NCBI GenBank assembly: GCA_018052455.1
Contig: JAGPNE010000001.1
Span: 295,261 to 359,260 of the forward strand
Origin: Candidatus Fermentithermobacillaceae bacterium
Lineage (GTDB): Bacteria > Bacillota > Sulfobacillia > Fermentithermobacillales > Fermentithermobacillaceae
Length of the DNA: 64,000 nucleotides
Reading direction: 5' to 3'
Shown here: piece after piece, positions 50,826 to 60,048 of the stretch
Layout: the number at the start of each line of letters is the position of its first letter
Position numbering within the stretch: position 1 is the stretch's first letter
Program-made: the position numbers and the translations under genes
The notes under the pieces: generated by a model
Seen by the model: only the letters and a program-made list of their open reading frames with translations
The model's database searches: none
Told to the model about the DNA's origin: nothing

Positions 50826-52970
50826 TTGAACGAATGTAAGAAAGAAGACGGAAGTGGGATTGGAGCAGAGCGTATGCAATCTAGGCACAGCATAGATATG
50901 AGTGAACAATCTGGTAATCTGACCGAACGAGCATCTTTGTATCCTCAGTCTTCGGACCTTAACATAACAATTGCCCTCGTCGGACAACCCAACGTTGGCA
51001 AGAGCGTAATTATGAATTTGCTCACAGGCGCAGGCGCTATGGTTTCAAACTACCCGGGCACTACGGTTGAAATCACAGAAGGCTATTTTCCCACGCCTGC
51101 AGGCAAGGTGCGCATAATCGATACGCCAGGTATCTATAGCCTCCACTCGGATACACAGGAACAAAAAGTAACGCAGAGGATTCTGCTCGAAGAAGACATA
51201 GACATCATAGTCAACGTAGTAGACGCCAGAAATCTCTCGAGAAATCTGTACCTGACGCTGCAACTTTTGGAACTTGACATTCCACTAATCCTGGTCTTGA
51301 ACCAAATGGATATGGCTGAAGAACTGGGGATGGAAATTGATGTGAGTGCGCTTTCGGACATTCTTGGGGTGCAGATCGTCACCATGGTAGCCTCTAAGGG
51401 AAGAGGATTGGACGAGCTAAAGGAAATCATCTCGACAATTAGCGCTTGTTCGAAAGACATGGAACTTGACGAAGGAAGTGTACCTCTTTCTACCCATGGG
51501 CGCAATAAAGATTTATTGACTTACTCAGAACCAGTAGAAAACGTCCTATCCATGCTTCAGAGCCGTATTGAAGATACAATCCCGGAGGAAGAAGGCAAAC
51601 ACAGGCTTCATCCACCGAGAGCTCTTGCGATTCACCTTATGGAACACGACAGTTTGGACGAAGATGTTTTCCATGTCTATCCTGAACTTGCTGAAGTTGT
51701 CGAGAGTTTTCAGAAAGATCTATCAAACGGATATATGCCGTGCGAAAACTGTTTTAGGGGATGCGCATTTTGTCCTGCCGGGCAGCAGTCTCATCCGCCT
51801 CTGCAGACATGTATCGAAAGAACACAGAAGGCCCGTGAAATAGCATTACAAGTCGTGAGATACAAGACAAAAGAATCGGTTTCTCCAAGAGCCCGCATCG
51901 AAGAATTCTTGGACAGGCCTTCTACTGGTATCCCGGCTCTAATACTGATAACCTTGGCTTCGCTCAAAGTGATCTTATGGTTCCTGGAATTCGCCGAGGC
52001 GTTTGTCCCATGGGCACTTGGGCCGCTTGTCGACGCAATAACAAGGTTTGCCCACACCTTCCCTCCCGGCAGCGCCCTTGAAATGATAATTTCTGCCATA
52101 CCAGAGGGTCTACTTTTACCTTTTGAAGTAGTGATGCCTACCATGATATCCATCTACGTTATAATGGCACTCTTGGAGGACTCTGGACTAATGCCCAGAA
52201 TCGCTGTGATGATGGATAGCGTCATGTCTCTTCTCAAGTTGCCAGGGCAGGCCATAATCCCGATCGTACTTGGCTTCGGATGCAGGGCCCCTGGGGTCCT
52301 AGCAACAAGAGCTTTGCCCGACAAGCAGTCTCGATTGGTTGTAACTGCTCTTCTCGCAATTCCCATACCTTGTGCGGCTACCATTGGAATTGTCACAGGC
52401 GTAGCTAAGTCTTTCGGTGCAAATCTTTGGGTAATTTACGGCTCTGTATCGGTAGTTTTCGTGTTGCTCGCGCGCCTACTCGCAAAATATCTCAAGTCGG
52501 ATTACGAATTGATACTTGAGGTCCCTCCCATACAGATTCCTTCTCTCAAAGGCGTAGGAATGAAGGTATGGATGCGGTTAGAAGGCTTTTTCAAGCAGGT
52601 ACTACCTGTACTCATTATGACAAGCATAGGAATTAAGATACTGTTGAATTCGGGAGCTCTGGAAGTTCTAAGCAAACTAGACCCTATTAGCATGAAGGTG
52701 TTCGGAATTCAAGGACAATCTCTTGCAGCTGTCGCAGTTACTGTGGTTCAAAGATATGCTGCACCAATGGTACTCTTAAATCTCCCTTTAAGTGCACGGG
52801 AAGCAACCATAGCCACATCCATGATAGCGCTTTCCATGCCGTGCTTGCCAGTATCATTTCTAGTCTTCAAGGAATTCGGGTGGAAAACTCTTATTTACAT
52901 ATTTGCAATAGCCATACTGATTTCACTGACAGTAGGAATCACCCTAAACCTCCTTCTGCCTGTGTTTTGA
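50826..52970 (+). CDS. feoB: ferrous iron transporter FeoB
   Basis: G-domain (GQPNVGKS, DTPG) plus Gate-motif membrane domain. Exact start uncertain; candidates 50826, 50874 and 50898. Confidence 0.85.
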   Translation: MNECKKEDGSGIGAERMQSRHSIDMSEQSGNLTERASLYPQSSDLNITIALVGQPNVGKSVIMNLLTGAGAMVSNYPGTTVEITEGYFPTPAGKVRIIDTPGIYSLHSDTQEQKVTQRILLEEDIDIIVNVVDARNLSRNLYLTLQLLELDIPLILVLNQMDMAEELGMEIDVSALSDILGVQIVTMVASKGRGLDELKEIISTISACSKDMELDEGSVPLSTHGRNKDLLTYSEPVENVLSMLQSRIEDTIPEEEGKHRLHPPRALAIHLMEHDSLDEDVFHVYPELAEVVESFQKDLSNGYMPCENCFRGCAFCPAGQQSHPPLQTCIERTQKAREIALQVVRYKTKESVSPRARIEEFLDRPSTGIPALILITLASLKVILWFLEFAEAFVPWALGPLVDAITRFAHTFPPGSALEMIISAIPEGLLLPFEVVMPTMISIYVIMALLEDSGLMPRIAVMMDSVMSLLKLPGQAIIPIVLGFGCRAPGVLATRALPDKQSRLVVTALLAIPIPCAATIGIVTGVAKSFGANLWVIYGSVSVVFVLLARLLAKYLKSDYELILEVPPIQIPSLKGVGMKVWMRLEGFFKQVLPVLIMTSIGIKILLNSGALEVLSKLDPISMKVFGIQGQSLAAVAVTVVQRYAAPMVLLNLPLSAREATIATSMIALSMPCLPVSFLVFKEFGWKTLIYIFAIAILISLTVGITLNLLLPVF

Positions 52971-53005
52971 GAAATCGCATGTATGCCTAAGAAAGGAGAA
53001 GCAAC

Positions 53006-53257
53006 GTGACCCTCCTCGACGCACGACCCGGTGATACAATAGTGATCGAAGAATCCAACTTGGGCAGATCAGCCCAAAAAAGACTATGGGATCTTGGCCT
53101 TTTGCCTGGCACAAAAGCAAAAGTAATCTGCTCCCACCCGTTCAAAGGACCAATATTGCTCGAAGTAGACAACTCAAGACTAGCAATAGGCCGAAGACTT
53201 GCACGACAAATAAGTGTTAGTAAGGAGCACAGGGTCGGTTCTCATGCTCCACGTTAG
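53006..53257 (+). CDS. feoA: ferrous iron transport protein A
   Basis: FeoA fold. The last ~10 codons (EHRVGSHAPR) are encoded by repeat copy B. Confidence 0.75.
   Translation: MTLLDARPGDTIVIEESNLGRSAQKRLWDLGLLPGTKAKVICSHPFKGPILLEVDNSRLAIGRRLARQISVSKEHRVGSHAPR
53224..53250. repeat. copy B of the dispersed AGGGTCGGTTCTC repeat
   Basis: GGAGCA-CAGGGTCGGTTCTCA-TGCTCC; 6-bp stem with the core in the loop. Confidence 0.6.
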
Positions 53258-53289
53258 CTGTGTTTTCGAGTTGGAAGGAGGATTGTCTA

Positions 53290-53775
53290 ATGCCTAGACC
53301 TACTAAACCCAGGTGGGTAGAGTTTCCACCTAGGGCCTTGTATTTCAAGCCTGCAGGTGTTCCTAGGTCAGAACTTCAGGAAGTAATCCTTGGCGTAGAT
53401 GAAGTCGAAGCTATTCGCCTCAAAGACTATGTGGGCCTAGAACAGATAGAATGTGCCAAACGGATGAATCTGGCCCAGAGCACATTTCAGCGAATTCTCA
53501 CCGAGGCCAGAAGAAAAGTTGCAGAAGCTCTAATTGAAGAAAAATCTTTGCGTGTAGAAGGCGGCAACTACCTGGTATTCCCTATGAACTATAGGTGCCA
53601 TACGTGCGGCCACGAGTGGACAAACGATGAAAGGCCCAAAGAAGACATCGTATGTCCAAAATGCGGGGGGCTAAACTTGGAATCTTTCAGAGAGCCATGT
53701 GCTTCTGACCAAGCTCACAAACACGCTGGCAGAACACAAAAAAGACATGGCCACGAACGACGCCGAAATCGGTAA
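53290..53775 (+). CDS. DUF134 (UPF0251) putative DNA-binding protein with C-terminal zinc ribbon
   Basis: MPRPTKPRWV...YFKPAGVP...LEQIECAKRM DUF134 signature, C-terminal CHTCG...CPKCGG, GGAGGAG SD. Confidence 0.7.
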   Translation: MPRPTKPRWVEFPPRALYFKPAGVPRSELQEVILGVDEVEAIRLKDYVGLEQIECAKRMNLAQSTFQRILTEARRKVAEALIEEKSLRVEGGNYLVFPMNYRCHTCGHEWTNDERPKEDIVCPKCGGLNLESFREPCASDQAHKHAGRTQKRHGHERRRNR

Positions 53776-53801
53776 TTGGCACATCATTATGAAATCAGGA
53801 G

Positions 53802-54644
53802 ATGAGTTGGTTGATAAAGGCAGACAATAGAGGCTCTCAAGACCAGTCCAAGTCTGGTGCAGGAGTTGACAAGTTAGAGCAACCAGATAACAGTCACATT
53901 CAAAAGACCATTGCTGTAGCAAGCGGTAAGGGCGGCGTAGGCAAGTCCTCCGTATCAGCGCTACTTGCTTCTGAAATAAGGAAAAGAGGATTCAAGGTTG
54001 GGATCCTTGATGCCGATGTAACTGGTCCTAGCATTCCGAAACTGTTCGGGCTGAAAGGGGTTCCATCAATGCTAGGTTCGCAGCTCCTTCCGGAAATCAG
54101 TGCCTCTTCAATCCGAGTGATGTCTTTGAACTTGCTTCTAGAAAACGAGGATGACCCGGTCATATGGCGAGGCCCCCTACTTGCCGGCGTGATTAAGCAA
54201 CTGTGGAAAGACGTCTTATGGGGAGAAATCGATTACATGGTGATTGATCTACCGCCTGGCACAGGAGACATACCACTTACCGCTTTTCAATCTCTGCCAA
54301 TTGACGGTGTAGTCATTGTCTCAACTCCGCAGGAGCTCTCGGAACTCATCGTAAAAAAAGCTGTTACCATGGTTCGAATGTTCAACATCCCTATACTAGG
54401 TCTCATTGAGAACATGTCCTGGATTAAGTGCCCTAACTGTGCAGAGAGAATTCAACCGTTTGGTCCAAGCAGAGCAGATGCTATCGCGGAATCGATGGAA
54501 CTAGATCTTCTTGGATCGCTGCCGCTTGATCCTGAGGTAAGCATCCTTGGTGACCGGGGCACAATTGAAAGCTATTCGTGTGTAGAACTCCAGAGCATTG
54601 TCGACGGAATTCTCAACAAACCAGAAATGGCGATTGCAGAGTAG
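53802..54644 (+). CDS. Mrp/NBP35 (ApbC) family iron-sulfur cluster carrier ATPase
   Basis: SGKGGVGKSS deviant Walker A, CPNC motif. Confidence 0.85.
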   Translation: MSWLIKADNRGSQDQSKSGAGVDKLEQPDNSHIQKTIAVASGKGGVGKSSVSALLASEIRKRGFKVGILDADVTGPSIPKLFGLKGVPSMLGSQLLPEISASSIRVMSLNLLLENEDDPVIWRGPLLAGVIKQLWKDVLWGEIDYMVIDLPPGTGDIPLTAFQSLPIDGVVIVSTPQELSELIVKKAVTMVRMFNIPILGLIENMSWIKCPNCAERIQPFGPSRADAIAESMELDLLGSLPLDPEVSILGDRGTIESYSCVELQSIVDGILNKPEMAIAE

Positions 54645-54695
54645 CACAGTCAAGCGCTGGCTACTAAAGTGGGACATCAATGAAACAATCGCTCG

Positions 54696-54734
54696 ACAAG
54701 TAGGGGGAAAACCGCAGGTCTCCCCCCTACTTGT
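54696..54734. terminator. bidirectional hairpin (acaagtaggggg / cccccctacttgt)
   Basis: 12-bp perfect stem between convergent mrp and aroM. Confidence 0.55.
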
Positions 54735-54772
54735 TGGATACTTGCCCTTGAGATAAGCCCTATCGTGTCTTA

Positions 54773-55447
54773 TTACAGTAGCTCTGCCAAGGTACGCGCG
54801 ACTATTGAGCGAGCAAGAATTACAGGAACCCCGAGGATCTCTTTCACCATGTTTTTATCCGCAATTGTGTATCCTATACAATCAAGAATCCCCATCTGCA
54901 CGTCTGCCTTCTTTAAGGCTTCGGCCGCCTCTACAATTCCGGCCATTGATCCGTATGGCGAAGCTGCCTGCACTTGCACCGAAGACGCGGTTCTTGACCA
55001 CCTTAGTTTTGCATGCTCCATCTGATCTTTATCCGGAATAAAGACACCCAGTCTCATCCCTTTTCCAACTGCGCTGACCGTATTGAATAGTACTTTCTCG
55101 GGCCTTACAAGTAGTTTGCTGCTTCTAAATTCTGGGAATTCCCCTGTGCAGACCAGTGCAATAATCTGCGCCCCTTTTCCTTCCAGTTCATTGATTTTCT
55201 CTTGCATCCTTGGCAGAATGTGTTTCTCAGCGATTTTCACCTGCGTTCCATCCCTCATTCGTGTGATCAGTACATAATCACCCGGTTCAGGGGATAGCTT
55301 CCTTACCTCATCAAGAGTCATACCATCAAGAGCACCAGCCTCAATCACGTGAACACCATCTCCCAAGAATGGAATCATCTCAGGTATTAAATCGTGTCTG
55401 GGCGACTGGCCAATGGTAACGGTACCTAAAATCCTCTTAGTGTGCAT
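54773..55447 (-). CDS. aroM: AroM family protein
   Basis: alignable along its length with E. coli AroM (TIGxxP, ILDCxG, VPVxLxxxxxARxxAELL). Confidence 0.75.
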   Translation of the reverse strand: MHTKRILGTVTIGQSPRHDLIPEMIPFLGDGVHVIEAGALDGMTLDEVRKLSPEPGDYVLITRMRDGTQVKIAEKHILPRMQEKINELEGKGAQIIALVCTGEFPEFRSSKLLVRPEKVLFNTVSAVGKGMRLGVFIPDKDQMEHAKLRWSRTASSVQVQAASPYGSMAGIVEAAEALKKADVQMGILDCIGYTIADKNMVKEILGVPVILARSIVARTLAELL

Positions 55448-55469
55448 AACCTCACCGCCCTTTCCGCTG

Positions 55470-56438
55470 CTACTTGAGCTCAGGGTAAACACACGTCATC
55501 TCTCCATGGTACCCAAGTGTCTGCAAGTGATTCATTGGCCCGTAAAGGCGCACAATGGCATCGAACTCATTCTCATCAAAGAAAGAGTATTTCTCTGTGC
55601 CGAAGCCTTTTGCGACTTCTACAGAAAAACGAACAACCTGTTCAATATCGACCACATGACTGGCACCTGTGGCGCAGCCAGGAACCGCCGTTTCCGTCGT
55701 GATGGCTACTCCGACTACCGGAGCGGATGTTGCGGTAGCCGGCTGAAGAATACTGTTCAAATGGTAAAGACCATTTCCATAGGGCGTTATGTCCTGTACA
55801 GTCACAGGAAAGGTCACTGGCAATCTACCTGTCACGATGCTCATGACCTCAAGCAAGTCTTCAGATATTCGCAAGATATAGCCTTCTTTGACTGTAGGAG
55901 AAATCGCAAAACCCTTGTGGTTTATGACTCTATTACCCTTGGTTGTATCGATAGACAAAACCGCATCCATCCCCGAATCTACCTCGTACCTGTTCATTGT
56001 GTCCATACCTACAGGTGATCCCATAAATGGCACGGGGTCGTGAGGTTGAGTTGGAGCGTTAGGACAGATATGAGTAGTCACAATCACATCTCCTGGCAGA
56101 ACATCGCCTTTTTGCGCCATATGCGCTAGCTTGATCGCAACTGCCAATGCCGAAACTGCGCCGTCTCCGTCTGAAACCAAACCAATCATCTCAGGTCGAG
56201 CGCCTATGCCCCCCAATCGCCCTATCACTCCCAAAGTAGGAGCGTGTCCTCCCGAACTCTTCCCTTCAGAACCTGGAACCAATACTTTTACAAAATCCGT
56301 GCTGCCGCTGTCGCCGTGTATTGTTGCAAACTCACCATGCTGTAGTCCCAAACCCCTTAGGTACTCTATTACCTCTTTGCCGTTGACCTGGGCGCTGTCA
56401 AGCAACGAAATTGCCTCAAGTGTAGATCTAAAACTCAC
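55470..56438 (-). CDS. conserved hypothetical protein (possibly DUF1177 family)
   Basis: 322-aa ORF between aroM and the LD-carboxypeptidase gene. Family assignment is from memory, not verified. Confidence 0.5.
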   Translation of the reverse strand: MSFRSTLEAISLLDSAQVNGKEVIEYLRGLGLQHGEFATIHGDSGSTDFVKVLVPGSEGKSSGGHAPTLGVIGRLGGIGARPEMIGLVSDGDGAVSALAVAIKLAHMAQKGDVLPGDVIVTTHICPNAPTQPHDPVPFMGSPVGMDTMNRYEVDSGMDAVLSIDTTKGNRVINHKGFAISPTVKEGYILRISEDLLEVMSIVTGRLPVTFPVTVQDITPYGNGLYHLNSILQPATATSAPVVGVAITTETAVPGCATGASHVVDIEQVVRFSVEVAKGFGTEKYSFFDENEFDAIVRLYGPMNHLQTLGYHGEMTCVYPELK

Positions 56439-56454
56439 CTAAAATCACCCCCAT

Positions 56455-57435
56455 CTAAATCACTGGTTGTTCAAGAAATACCAACCGACTATAGTCCTTC
56501 TTCCCAAGATCCGCCGTAATTTCCACGCGCAACCCCAAAGGTAGTACCCCATTGTACTTACCATGTCCGCAAGGAACATTAGCCAAACAAGGTTTGCCAG
56601 TTTCGCTGAAGTACTGTCTTAACACCTCTTCTACTGAAAACGAAGGTCCCTGCGGTTGAGGATCCGGCTCACAATCAGTGAAATCCCCAAGGCAAAAGCC
56701 CTCTGCGTCGTCTAGTTTGCCTGAGAGCTTAAGTTGGCATAACATCCGGTCTATTCTGTATGGCTTTTCGCCTATGTCTTCTAAGAAAAGGATGCAGCCT
56801 TTGGTCTGGATCTCCCAGGGAGTACCTATAGTCGATGCGACCAACGAAAGGTTCCCGCCAACAAGTCTGCCGGAGGCTCTGCCCTTCTCTAGCACAGTCA
56901 ACGGTCGCCGCTCCTGCACTGCATCTTCGGATCCACACGTAGGAAGAGGCAGATCCTTTAGAGGCCGCATACCAAACAAAACATCCCTAACGCAGGCTAG
57001 GTTGTATTCCTGCATCTTGGGTGCCCAGAGTTCCGCCATAGGCCCGTGGAACGTGCAGAGATTCGCTTCCTTCAAAAACGCGAGATGAAGCGCTGTGATA
57101 TCTGAGTATCCCATCAAGATTTTCGGGTGTGCTCTAATACAATCAAAATCCAAAAGAGGAAGTATGCGCATGGCTCCATAACCTCCCCTAGCAGCTATCA
57201 CGGCCTTTACGTCGGGATCCGACCAGGCCCGCATGAGATCCAAGGCCCTTTCGTTATCCTTACCTGCTAGATAGCCCCATCGCTGCAGAACTGAATCACC
57301 AAATTGGACTTTGAGACCCAACTCCTCAAAGACACGCACTCCACGTTCTAGCGATTCTTGTTCAACCGGGCCCGATGGAGCCACTATAGCAACAGTATCA
57401 CCACTTTTTAGGGCCTTCGGCTTCACTACGTCCAT
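56455..57435 (-). CDS. LD-carboxypeptidase (peptidase S66, LdcA/MccF family)
   Basis: VAIVAPSG nucleophile region, S66-wide similarity. Confidence 0.85.
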   Translation of the reverse strand: MDVVKPKALKSGDTVAIVAPSGPVEQESLERGVRVFEELGLKVQFGDSVLQRWGYLAGKDNERALDLMRAWSDPDVKAVIAARGGYGAMRILPLLDFDCIRAHPKILMGYSDITALHLAFLKEANLCTFHGPMAELWAPKMQEYNLACVRDVLFGMRPLKDLPLPTCGSEDAVQERRPLTVLEKGRASGRLVGGNLSLVASTIGTPWEIQTKGCILFLEDIGEKPYRIDRMLCQLKLSGKLDDAEGFCLGDFTDCEPDPQPQGPSFSVEEVLRQYFSETGKPCLANVPCGHGKYNGVLPLGLRVEITADLGKKDYSRLVFLEQPVI

Positions 57436-57734
57436 AACCGCACTCCTTCCTGACTCTACGCCAATTACGTCTGCTCACCTACTTGCATACCTAGAGTAAC
57501 TTCGCCTAATGCTCTCTGATTCCCTTCAACAGGTGCCCACTTAATGCGCACCGAACCCCTCCTTAGACCCAACAGGGTGACGCAGGACGAAAAAATCTCA
57601 CGGGCGCGCACGAGTTGCATTAGATTTCCAAAAGTGCAATCATATTCATGATGCATTTTCGAGCCTGGTATGTCATCTGTATTTGATTCAATATTTGGTC
57701 CCGATATCAGTTCCGCAAAAGGAGGCACACCAAA

Positions 57735-58073
57735 GTGGCAGTCTACGATAAGGCATATGAACTGGCGAGAGAACTCAAAGAAAGCGCGGAGTACAAAGAG
57801 TACCAAGCGGCCAAAGAGGCCATCGAAGGAAACGAGCCGGCCCTTCAAATCCTAAGAGATTATTGGCAGCAGCAACTGTCAATTCAAACCGCTCTACTGA
57901 CCGGAAGAGAACCGGACGAAAAAACCCAGGAGAGTTTCAGCAAAACCCAAGAACTCATAAGCATGCACGGACCGATCCAGAGATTCATGCAAGCCGAACG
58001 GCAGGTACTCACCATGCTCGCCGATATCCAGAGAATCCTTAGCGACTCCCTTGACTTACTAGACTACACCTAA
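57735..58073 (+). CDS. YlbF/YmcA family regulatory protein
   Basis: GTG start with AAAGGAGG SD; 112 aa helical protein with YlbF-like signature. Confidence 0.65.
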   Translation: MAVYDKAYELARELKESAEYKEYQAAKEAIEGNEPALQILRDYWQQQLSIQTALLTGREPDEKTQESFSKTQELISMHGPIQRFMQAERQVLTMLADIQRILSDSLDLLDYT

Positions 58074-58082
58074 CAAGGGAAA

Positions 58083-58109
58083 GAAGCGCAGGGTCGGTTC
58101 TCCTGCTTC
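58083..58109. repeat. copy C of the dispersed AGGGTCGGTTCTC repeat
   Basis: GAAGCGCAGGGTCGGTTCTCCTGCTTC in the convergent intergenic region. Confidence 0.6.
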
Positions 58110-58202
58110 ATCAACACCTAAGGTCTTACAAGAGACAGAAAACAGAGGCAGTCTTTCACATAAGACACTGCAGCATGATTTAATACCAATTCCATAGCTA
58201 AA

Positions 58203-58694
58203 TCACTCTATCAACCCTAGGTCGCTTAAGAGCCCTTCAATCTCCGAATATTTGCGATATCCGGGAGAAGCTTTTTTGAGCTTGCCCTCCGCGTCAAAGA
58301 ACAAAAGAGTAGGAACTCCTTGAATTTTGTAAGCTGAAGCGGTACCTGGGTAGAGTTCTGCATTCATCTTAAGTACAAGGATTTTGTTACTGTACTTCGC
58401 GTTCAACTCAGAGAGTTCAGGTTCCATCTTGACGCAATAGGGACAAGATTTTGTGTAGAACTCTAGAACTACAGGTTTCCCCTGCGATAAATACCCATCC
58501 AGAGTGTCGTCAGTAACATCTAGAATCGAACGAGAAGCAGTTCCTTCCTCCAAACTCGGAGAACGTACAGTTCCAACATACCATATTCCAGCCGCCGCTA
58601 GGATTACGAGCAGTAGGAGAGCGATCCAGCGGTGCCTGCCAATCCATGTAAATGGGCACGTCTTTTTCATTAGAGTTGGACTCCTCCTCGTCAT
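58203..58694 (-). CDS. membrane-anchored thioredoxin-fold thiol:disulfide oxidoreductase
   Basis: N-terminal TM, CPYC active site. Confidence 0.8.
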   Translation of the reverse strand: MTRRSPTLMKKTCPFTWIGRHRWIALLLLVILAAAGIWYVGTVRSPSLEEGTASRSILDVTDDTLDGYLSQGKPVVLEFYTKSCPYCVKMEPELSELNAKYSNKILVLKMNAELYPGTASAYKIQGVPTLLFFDAEGKLKKASPGYRKYSEIEGLLSDLGLIE

Positions 58695-58719
58695 TTAGTA
58701 TCATCAAAGCAACACCGCT

Positions 58720-59430
58720 TCAAATGTACGGTCTAATGAGCAAATACCCTCCGAATCCAGCGATTATGATGCCGCTTAGTTTCCTAGCTACTTCAACAAC
58801 TAAGACTCCTTTTTCATTTTCAAGAAACCCCATAAACGCGGATGTAAAGAGGCCGGCCAAAATAACAAATACAGACTGACCCAATGAGTACCCAAAAAGC
58901 AGCATGCCTCCGCGCATTAAAGAGCCTGAAGAAGCCGCGATAGATAGTATGGCTACAAGCATCGGAGTTGTGCAAGGAGACGATGATAGCCCATAGAGCA
59001 TCCCCATAAAAAGCGGTCTAAAGACCAAATTTGCTGAATCACCAGAATTGCATCTCGAAGAATCTTGGGGATTCTGATGTGTCTCTTCTGCTTCCGATGG
59101 AATTAGAGCCTCGCACGTCCGCGATATCCCAAACACCCCGAAATACGATAATCCTGCGATCAGAAACGCAATCCCTGCAACCCACCTAAGCCAAGGGGCG
59201 ACAAAGAGCAGGGACTTACCAACGAGACCCACAACAACCCCCGCAAATGAAAGGGCCAGAGCCATACCAAGTACAAACATGAACACATGTGTCCGCTGTC
59301 TATGTTTCTCAACTGCCGCTACGTGCGCTACTACGATAGGTATGGCAGATAGAGCACAGGGATTGACTGAAGATAACACGCCTGCCATCACCGCGAACAC
59401 TGGCCCTAGAATTGGGTTATCGAAATTCAT
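58720..59430 (-). CDS. ccdA: cytochrome c biogenesis / thiol-disulfide transporter CcdA (DsbD core)
   Basis: conserved Cys in NPCAL, 6 TM helices. Start at the internal Met of MNFDNPIL. Confidence 0.8.
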   Translation of the reverse strand: MNFDNPILGPVFAVMAGVLSSVNPCALSAIPIVVAHVAAVEKHRQRTHVFMFVLGMALALSFAGVVVGLVGKSLLFVAPWLRWVAGIAFLIAGLSYFGVFGISRTCEALIPSEAEETHQNPQDSSRCNSGDSANLVFRPLFMGMLYGLSSSPCTTPMLVAILSIAASSGSLMRGGMLLFGYSLGQSVFVILAGLFTSAFMGFLENEKGVLVVEVARKLSGIIIAGFGGYLLIRPYI

Positions 59431-59886
59431 CCATCCAGGCAAGACCAGACTATACCTCCCTGTAACGTGCACGCAGAGCCTATACCTCACTATAGGACCC
59501 CTCGTGTATTTCACTTAAGTCATTCTATCAGTAGACCACCTGTTTTGTGACTTTTCTACTCAATTTTCATGACCGGACATATCTTAGATTGGCGCAAACT
59601 GCAACAACAGGAAGTTCTCCTCAAACCGTGTGCAGAAGCAGGATCACGCCGAGCAAAACCAAGAATGCTCCCAGGCAGCCCCTTGAACAGCACAATCGGA
59701 TCACTCCTCCCTATAGACAATTGTGATACTCTATAGCCCTATTACGATGCAAAACGCCATCGGTTTAGTGGCATGGGATATCACATTGAAGCGCGTTGAT
59801 ATAGGATACGCGAACACAATCAAGAGTCAATATCTCTCTACTCAATGGATAAAAAACCTTCGAGGCGTCCTTGTAACAACGAAGAA

Positions 59887-59963
59887 TGGTCGGGGCGACT
59901 GGATTTGAACCAGCGGCCTCATGGTCCCGAACCATGCGCGCTGCCAAGCTGCGCTACGCCCCG
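59887..59963 (-). tRNA. tRNA-Pro (anticodon CGG)
   Basis: folded by hand: acceptor CGGGGCG/CGCCCCG, D-arm GCGC..GCGC, anticodon stem CATGG/CCATG with loop TTCGGGA, T-arm GCTGG-TTCAAAT-CCAGT, CCA encoded. Confidence 0.9.
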
Positions 59964-60048
59964 ACATCTGAGATTATAACATCTATCTGAGTACAAGTTC
60001 AATTGACCGAAATGTACCAGGTCACACAAACAAATTCCTCTGACCACG

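Noticed and set aside
59723-59947. Two about 60-aa ORFs (59723-59908 plus, 59765-59947 minus)
   Set aside because: They overlap the tRNA-Pro gene and its flank. No SD or homology. Spurious.
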